Shown one piece after another: positions 58,300 to 64,000 of a stretch of 64,000 bases of DNA. The stretch is from Chloroflexia bacterium. Its GTDB lineage: Bacteria > Chloroflexota > Chloroflexia > DTKN01. The DNA is taken from NCBI GenBank assembly GCA_041082245.1, contig JBDOIE010000006.1:4950-68949 (forward strand), in the 5' to 3' direction. The notes beneath the pieces were generated by a model. That model was not told the origin of the DNA. It saw only the letters and a list, made by a program, of their open reading frames with translations, and did not search any database. The stretch's first letter is position 1. Each line of letters starts with the position of its first letter. Made by a program: the position numbers and the translations under genes.

Positions 58300-59073
58300 A
58301 TGGACTGGGAATTCTTCCGACAAGCACCGTTCCTGCTCGCTTCGCTGGCAGCGATCCTGGCCGGCCTCCTTTCCTTCTTCTCGCCGTGCGTCCTTCCCCT
58401 GGTGCCCTCCTTCCTCGGATACCTCACCGGGGCGGTCGTGCGACCTGGCGAGGAAAGACGCCGTTGGGAAACGTTCTTCCACACACTGTCCTTCGTGCTC
58501 GGCTTCAGCCTGATCTTCGTCGTGGTCGTCTCGCGACTGGGCCTGGTGTTCACGCTGCTCACCGGGCCGGTCACCTGGCTTACCGGCTGGCCGGCCCGGG
58601 CGCTCGCCTGGCCCGGTTCTCCTCCCATTACCTACCTGGAACTCGTACAGAAGGCCGCCGGTGTCTTCCTCCTCCTCTTCGGGCTGCACACGATGGGCGT
58701 GCTTCGTATCGCGCCGTTCGATGCCGAGAAACGCCTCCAAGTACGCGTCGACCGACGCTGGGGATACCTCTCGTCCGCGCTCATCGGGGTTACCTTCGCT
58801 GTGGGTTGGACCCCCTGCGTCGGGGCGCCGCTCGCAGGGATCCTTAGCCTGGGGAGCGAGTCCACGGCGCTCATGACCTACTTGCTCGGCCTGTACTCCC
58901 TGGGACTCGGCTTGCCTTTTCTCGCCCTGGGGTTCTTCTTCGAGCACGCGGCTCCCTTCGTTCGGCGCGCCCTGCGCTTCCGGAAGGTGGTCGCCGTTGC
59001 AAGTGGTCTGCTCCTCATCGCCATCGCGCTGGCTGTCTTTTTCGGACAGCTGCGGTGGCTCGCAACGCTGTGA
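58300..59073 (+). CDS. ccdA: Cytochrome c-type biogenesis / thiol-disulfide transfer membrane protein CcdA (DsbD-core)
   Basis: ...LLSFFSPCVLPLVPSFLGYLTG... and ...WTPCVGAPLAGIL... are the two conserved Cys-containing TM motifs. Confidence 0.8.
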   Translation: MDWEFFRQAPFLLASLAAILAGLLSFFSPCVLPLVPSFLGYLTGAVVRPGEERRRWETFFHTLSFVLGFSLIFVVVVSRLGLVFTLLTGPVTWLTGWPARALAWPGSPPITYLELVQKAAGVFLLLFGLHTMGVLRIAPFDAEKRLQVRVDRRWGYLSSALIGVTFAVGWTPCVGAPLAGILSLGSESTALMTYLLGLYSLGLGLPFLALGFFFEHAAPFVRRALRFRKVVAVASGLLLIAIALAVFFGQLRWLATL

Positions 59074-59915
59074 GCCCGGGAGGGGATATGGGCCGGGAAG
59101 AGCAGGTAGTGCGCGAGGCGATGCAGCAGGTTGAGAGACGCCGCAGAATGCGGCGGGAGAACGCCGCGCTGCGTGCGCTCGTGGCGTTCTGGACGGCGAC
59201 CATGGTTGCCTTCTTTGTCGCCCCATGGCCCCTCGAGACCAAACTGTGGGCCGCGGCACACGGCCTCTGCGCGCAGCGGGAGGGGCACTTGCTCCCGTTC
59301 GGAGGACGCGTGTTACCGCTGTGCGCCCGCGATAGCGGCCTTTACCTGGGTGCGCTCCTGGGAATCGGATACCTCGTAGCGCGTGGCCGCTGGCTCGCCG
59401 TAGGCCGGCCTCCCCGCTGGTTCTGGACCGTCTTTTTCGTCATCCTGGGGGCGTTCGCGGTCGACGTGGCGAACTCGGTCGGGGCCGACTGGTTTCAGAG
59501 CGGCGCTTACCCGCCCCACAACCTTCTCCGAACGATCACCGGGATCGCTCTCGGTACGTTCCTCAGCGTCCCTCTACTGTGGGCGATCAACCTTTCCTTC
59601 AGCGGCCGCCGGCCCGACCGGCCGCTCCTGACACAGGGACTGGATGTTGCGCTGCTCTTTCTCCTCGCTGCCCTCGGTACCGTGGCTCTCTGGAGTGGCC
59701 TGCCCATGCTGTACGTTCCGATGGCCGCCCTCTCCTTTCTGGGCATGCTCCTTCTCCTCGTGGCCGCCAACTTCCTCTGGCTCCTTGCCATCCTGCGAGG
59801 AAAAGGCACCCTGCGAAGCGTCGGCGAAGCCTGGCCCCTCCTCCTCTGGGCGAGCGTAGCCTCTGTCGCCGAGATGGCGCTGCTCTCCTTCCTGCGCTAT
59901 CGCCTGGGGCTGTGA
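59055..59915 (+). CDS. Membrane protein, DUF2085-like
   Basis: ...GHLLPFGGRVLPLCARDSGLYLGALLG..., multi-TM. The start may be ATG 59088. Confidence 0.5.
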   Translation: MARNAVSPGGDMGREEQVVREAMQQVERRRRMRRENAALRALVAFWTATMVAFFVAPWPLETKLWAAAHGLCAQREGHLLPFGGRVLPLCARDSGLYLGALLGIGYLVARGRWLAVGRPPRWFWTVFFVILGAFAVDVANSVGADWFQSGAYPPHNLLRTITGIALGTFLSVPLLWAINLSFSGRRPDRPLLTQGLDVALLFLLAALGTVALWSGLPMLYVPMAALSFLGMLLLLVAANFLWLLAILRGKGTLRSVGEAWPLLLWASVASVAEMALLSFLRYRLGL

Positions 59916-60036
59916 GGGGTCGCACGTTACAGGTTTGCTGACCCGGGCTGCTCACCGCGCCCCTCCCACGGAAGACTGTTCAGACAAACGTCGCTACGAC
60001 GAGGAAATCTGTCCGCACCACGGCCTAGCAACAACA

Positions 60037-60528
60037 TCAACGCCCCAGCAGGTCCTGGAACAAAGGCCCGTGTCCCCGCACATCGGCCAGCAGCTCGTCG
60101 AGAGCCGCGTGTACCCGCCCAATATCCTCTGCGGAAAGCCGCGGCAAGACGGCCGTCCGGAACTCCGCCTCGTCCAGCAGCAGGTACCGCCGATCGGGCC
60201 AGACCCACAGGTCGAGCTCCAGATCCGTGTAGACCAGCTCTTTCCCGTCAAACCGGATCGGGCTACAGAGGTTCGCATACCACCCCTTCAGCTTTCCCGC
60301 AGCATCGTACAGCGCAAAGACGTTGTACCAACGCCCGAACCAGTACCGCTCTACCATCGTGTCCTCGGGTGAGAAAGTGACGTACCCCAGTTCGGCCGGA
60401 TGCTGGACCAGCGCCCGCAACATCAGCCCTTCCGCATCCTGGAAAACGAGGTGTCCCCACCAGCCTTTCTTGGCATTGCCATCTATGCGGAAGGGCCGCA
60501 CCCAGATGACACGCTCGGTAGCGGCCAC
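60037..60528 (-). CDS. DUF402 domain protein (FomD-like NTP/NDP hydrolase fold)
   Basis: ...WYNVFALYDAAGKLKGWYANLCSPIRFDGKELVYTDLELDLWVWPDRRYLLLDEAEF.... Start proposed at GTG 60528 behind ggaggt; the longer track ORF N-terminus overlaps the upstream gene and is junk-like. Confidence 0.6.
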   Translation of the reverse strand: MAATERVIWVRPFRIDGNAKKGWWGHLVFQDAEGLMLRALVQHPAELGYVTFSPEDTMVERYWFGRWYNVFALYDAAGKLKGWYANLCSPIRFDGKELVYTDLELDLWVWPDRRYLLLDEAEFRTAVLPRLSAEDIGRVHAALDELLADVRGHGPLFQDLLGR

Positions 60529-61073
60529 ACCAATACCTCCCAGGTCGCGTTTTCCGGGAGCAGCTCCCAGATGTCGTCGAGCGGTCGGCCAGCGGCCTGG
60601 CAGCGAAGGAGCGCCACAGGCAACGAGTGGGTAAAGACCGCGACAGTGCCTCTGTGGCGCGATGCGATTTCGTCCAAAGCTGCCCGGATGCGCGCCTCCA
60701 GTTCCAGAAGGCTCTCGCCTCCCGGAGGCCTTACAGTCGAAGGACGCCGAACCCACGCTTCCCAAAGCGCTGGCCACCGGGACGCGACATCCACCGCAAC
60801 CAGCCCTTCCCACTCCCCCAGAGCGATCTCCCGCAGCCGGCGGTCGAAACGAAGCGGAAGACCGGTGCGAGCGACAAGCTCTTGCGCGGTCTGCCGCGCG
60901 CGGCGCAGATCGCTCGAGTAGACCGCCTGAAAAGGGATTCCTGCCAGAGCTGTCGCGACCTCCCGCGCCTGTTGCCGGCCGCGTTCGTTCAAAGGGGGAT
61001 CAGACTGCCCCTGAAAACGTCCGGTATCGTTCCAATCGGTTCGACCGTGCCGCACCAGGTACAGCAGCGTCAC
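60483..61073 (-). CDS. Histidine phosphatase (phosphoglycerate-mutase-like) family protein; candidate glucosyl-3-phosphoglycerate phosphatase
   Basis: MTLLYLVRHGRTDWNDTGRFQGQSDPPLNERGRQQA is the RHG catalytic motif. 4-bp overlap with the upstream GpgS-like gene. Confidence 0.8.
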   Translation of the reverse strand: MTLLYLVRHGRTDWNDTGRFQGQSDPPLNERGRQQAREVATALAGIPFQAVYSSDLRRARQTAQELVARTGLPLRFDRRLREIALGEWEGLVAVDVASRWPALWEAWVRRPSTVRPPGGESLLELEARIRAALDEIASRHRGTVAVFTHSLPVALLRCQAAGRPLDDIWELLPENATWEVLVWPLPSVSSGCGPSA

Positions 61074-62905
61074 TCGATCCCTCGTGCTCGTCGGTAGGCT
61101 GGGACGGTGATCATCGGTGGACGCTCCACATCGCTGATGCGCTCCACCTCCAGGAAGTAGCGTCCCGGTTCGTAGCGAATCAGCTTCATGCTACGCTGTA
61201 TTTCCTCCAGCAGCTGAACCTTGCTGCGCGCCTCAAGACGTGAAATAAAGACCTGAAGGATGGCGAACGCCATACGGCTCAGGTTCACCAGCGGCTGGTT
61301 GCGATGGATCCGCTCCTCCAGGTCGACCTGGGCGATGGCTTCCAGCCCGAACTGCTCCAGGATATCGATCAAGAGGCCGATTTCCACGCCATACCCGGAG
61401 AAGAAGGGTACCTGCTCCAGCGCCTGCCGGCGGCCGGCATACTCCCCCGCCAGCGGCTGGATGAGACCCGAGAGCTCCGGGAAGAACAGGTTGATCAGCG
61501 GGCGCGCCACGAGTTCGGTGACCCGCCCTCCGCCGTGGGCACGAAGTTGGCCGTCCACACGGATGGGACGGCGGTAAAACCCCTTCACATACTGGATCGA
61601 CTCCCACTGCAGAAGCGGGCCCAGCAGCCCGTAGACAAAGCGCGGATGGATGTTCACGATGTCGGTATCGACCCAGACGATCAGGTCCCCACGGGTCACA
61701 TAAAGGCTCTTCCAGAGCGCTTCTCCCTTACCCGGGAAAGATCCCACTTCCTCTGCCAGCACGTGCTGGTGGATATACACCGGGATGCCCAGCGATGCCG
61801 CGATTTCCCGTGTGTCGTCGGTCGAGTTGCTGTCGATCAGCACGATCTCGTCGAGCAGAGGAACCTGGTCCATCAAAGCGTGCCGCAACGTCGTGATCAC
61901 GTTCCGGATGGTGGCGGCTTCGTTCAGGGCCGGCAGCGCCAGGCTGATCGTCACCCCACGGGCTTGCTTAAGGCGTAAGAGCTGCTCGAGGTCTGAGAAC
62001 TCGCTGCTGTGAAAGGTGTTGCTCGCAAACCAGCGGTCTACAAGCTCCGAGATATCCGGAGGCGCGGTCGGAGCAACCTGCGCCAGCTGCCCCGGAAGCG
62101 CCACAGGAGCTAAGCGACGCGAACGCACGAGCAGCGCCGGAAGCCCGCTTTCGTGGAGCACGCGTCGCACGATGGGACCCAGCGTCATCGTGCCCGTAGC
62201 CGGATCGCGGAGCCTCGCACCCAGGATCAACACATCGTGGTAGCGCGCTTCCTCCAGCAGTGTGGACACCGGGTCGCGGCTCGCCTCGACGGTACGCGTG
62301 ATACGCGGCTCGCGCCTGGAGAGTCCCCGCAGTTCAGGGGAACGATCCTGCGGGTCAGACGCGTGCAGGAGCGTGATCTCCCCGCTGCTCGCCTTCGCGA
62401 GGGCGCCCGCCACATGCAGTGCAAGGTCTGCATTCAAGCCGCCTCGCAAGGGCAACAAGATCCTCCGGCACGCGTCGAGCCGGAGCCCGTGGACCAGGAG
62501 TAGATCGCAGGGGGCCTGAGAAAGCACCCGTTCCACCGGAACCCCAAGCACCGGAAGGTCCGGTCCGTCCCAGGGGACGACCAGAAGATGGGCCCCCAGT
62601 TCCACACAGGTTGCATATACCTCGCTCCAAGCCTCATACCCCACTGCGATGCGCGGTAGAACGGCCAGACGCTCTGTGTCGTACCGCGTTGCCAGCTCGT
62701 TCATCGCCTGGCGGCACGTCTGAGCGTGGACCGCCCCACTGCTGATCGGTTCGCCCTCGGGCAACAGCACCACCCCCTGCAGCACGACTTCCCCGCTTGC
62801 TTCGGGCAAGAGGGCGAGCGCCAGCCGGAGCAAGTCCGATCCACAGTCCGAAGCTCGAACGGGCAGCAGGATGCGATACGGCCGCGTACCCTTCGCCACG
62901 TTCAT
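61070..62905 (-). CDS. Tandem universal-stress-protein (UspA) domains fused to glucosyl-3-phosphoglycerate synthase-like GT2/GT81 domain
   Basis: Start at ATG 62905 (MNVAKGTRPYRILLPV) behind ggaggg. Two Usp-like modules (...HLLVVPWDG...; ...LLVRS...), then ...ISLALPALNEAATI...VLIDSNSTDDT... (DxD) ...PLAGEYAGRR..., the GpgS/MpgS-like core. Confidence 0.65.
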   Translation of the reverse strand: MNVAKGTRPYRILLPVRASDCGSDLLRLALALLPEASGEVVLQGVVLLPEGEPISSGAVHAQTCRQAMNELATRYDTERLAVLPRIAVGYEAWSEVYATCVELGAHLLVVPWDGPDLPVLGVPVERVLSQAPCDLLLVHGLRLDACRRILLPLRGGLNADLALHVAGALAKASSGEITLLHASDPQDRSPELRGLSRREPRITRTVEASRDPVSTLLEEARYHDVLILGARLRDPATGTMTLGPIVRRVLHESGLPALLVRSRRLAPVALPGQLAQVAPTAPPDISELVDRWFASNTFHSSEFSDLEQLLRLKQARGVTISLALPALNEAATIRNVITTLRHALMDQVPLLDEIVLIDSNSTDDTREIAASLGIPVYIHQHVLAEEVGSFPGKGEALWKSLYVTRGDLIVWVDTDIVNIHPRFVYGLLGPLLQWESIQYVKGFYRRPIRVDGQLRAHGGGRVTELVARPLINLFFPELSGLIQPLAGEYAGRRQALEQVPFFSGYGVEIGLLIDILEQFGLEAIAQVDLEERIHRNQPLVNLSRMAFAILQVFISRLEARSKVQLLEEIQRSMKLIRYEPGRYFLEVERISDVERPPMITVPAYRRARGIE

Positions 62906-63993
62906 TTGTCGCCCTCCAGCAAGGGGATCACCTTGCGGCGAACGATCGTTTCCCATAAAGATTCCCTGCGCACCCGGTAGCGCAGCCTTGCCGTGCCATC
63001 GGTGCACAACCGTTCCCAGATGCGCTTCGCGATGGCATCGGGCGACGTGTCGGTGCCAAAGCGCTCCACGTCTTCCCGGCCGGCCTCTCGGAAAGGCGGG
63101 ATGTTGCTGCAAAATACCGGCAGGCGCGCCAGGCCTGCTTCCAGGATGGGAATCCCAAATCCCTCCTGTTTGCTCGGGAAGAGGAGAAAATCGGCCAGTC
63201 CATAGAGGTCCGCCATCGTGGCATCGTCCGGCGTGATCCCGAGCTGGTAGAGCAGGTGCGCAGCCCCTTCCAGCCCCAGTTCTCCGCGCAGCACGATCAA
63301 CCGCTCGAGATAGGCCTGGTTCGCCGGATTGTGGGGCCCCGGCGGCCCGGTGACAATCAGCCGGGCGTCCTCCCCGCTGAGCTGGCGCAGGCTCGCCAGG
63401 ACGTGGAATGCCAGCTCGACGTTCTTGCGTGGGGTCAGGCGCGCCGGCAGGAGCAGGATCGGGCCGGCTTCCAGCAGTCCGAGCCTGCGCACGAGCTCGC
63501 GCGTTGTCGGCGTCCACCGGAAAAAAGACTCGGCATCCACCCCCGGCGGCACCACGGCGATCTCCGCCCGCGAGAGCCCGTACAGCCGCGCGAGCCGCTC
63601 CTGCTGCGCCGCGGAGACGGTGACGTTCCGAACACCGGGCCAGGGTCGGCGCAACAGGTCCCACGGGTAGCCGTCGTGGAGCTCCGGCTGGTACTGGGGG
63701 GTATCCCACGCCAGGTCGTGATGCCAGCCGACGACCACACATCCGCGATCCCGAGAAGCCCGATCCTGCACCCAATCGTACAGCGCAGCGGTCAGGGGCA
63801 GGTTCTTATGCATCGTAAGGACGTTGTGCACGATCAGGGCATCGACCGTGGACAGTTCCGCATCGAGCCATTGCCGAAGGCGCGCGCGCAACAGCTCAAA
63901 CGCAGGGGGGACCTGGCCCTTATCCAGCGCTCGCTTGACCGCAAGCACTTCGGGGTGGTTGCTACCGGCCTCGGGCCGGACGCGCACTTCCAC
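62902..63993 (-). CDS. Glycosyltransferase family 4 (possibly N-terminally truncated by window end)
   Basis: ...FLLFPSKQEGFGIPILEAGLARLPVFCSNIPPFREAG... has the E-X7-E motif. ATGA overlap with the downstream Usp-GpgS start. Confidence 0.7.
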   Translation of the reverse strand: MEVRVRPEAGSNHPEVLAVKRALDKGQVPPAFELLRARLRQWLDAELSTVDALIVHNVLTMHKNLPLTAALYDWVQDRASRDRGCVVVGWHHDLAWDTPQYQPELHDGYPWDLLRRPWPGVRNVTVSAAQQERLARLYGLSRAEIAVVPPGVDAESFFRWTPTTRELVRRLGLLEAGPILLLPARLTPRKNVELAFHVLASLRQLSGEDARLIVTGPPGPHNPANQAYLERLIVLRGELGLEGAAHLLYQLGITPDDATMADLYGLADFLLFPSKQEGFGIPILEAGLARLPVFCSNIPPFREAGREDVERFGTDTSPDAIAKRIWERLCTDGTARLRYRVRRESLWETIVRRKVIPLLEGDK

Positions 63994-64000
63994 GCCCTCG

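Overview
This 64-kb window is high-GC (roughly two-thirds G+C by eye) and densely coding. GGAGG-type ribosome-binding sites and a nusA-ylxR-infB-rbfA-truB-ribF operon fit a Chloroflexota/Thermomicrobia-like or other high-GC bacterium; that placement is inference only. No rRNA, tRNA, CRISPR array or transposase was found. From start to end the window holds: (i) an SCP2/class-II-aldolase fusion gene running off the window start. (ii) A TetR regulator with a perfect palindromic operator, followed by an ABC-2 permease and an HlyD-like adaptor. (iii) A five-gene Dpp/Opp-type ABC importer whose second ATPase carries an unusual hydrophobic insertion. (iv) The most striking locus: a tightly packed seven-gene minus-strand operon with a B12-binding corrinoid protein, three distinct MttB-superfamily (trimethylamine-methyltransferase-like) paralogs and three different amidohydrolases (D-aminoacylase, peptidase-C45 Ntn hydrolase, M20D). 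It is flanked by a divergent Lrp/AsnC regulator, two class-III aminotransferases, CoA-transferase A/B, a thiolase and a saccharopine-dehydrogenase-family gene. This is a candidate undescribed corrinoid-dependent demethylation and deacylation pathway. (v) pyrD-like and glpQ-like genes, a ferredoxin, a cbpA-like chaperone, a HIT protein and the nusA-infB operon. (vi) A roughly 20-kb envelope glycosylation supercluster. It has four GT39/PMT-ArnT-like GT-C enzymes (two ending in paralogous TPR-plus-C-terminal-domain extensions), a DUF2029/GT87-like protein, a GT2 polyprenyl-phosphate sugar synthase, a GT4, a CapK/PaaK-like adenylating enzyme, DUF362, a flippase-like UPF0104 protein, methyltransferases and CcdA. 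(vii) A Usp-Usp-GpgS fusion with a histidine-phosphatase and a GT4, a probable glucosylglycerate-type solute module. Two diverged copies of a roughly 300-bp conserved noncoding element, each just upstream of a small redox-protein gene, are an additional unexplained signal.
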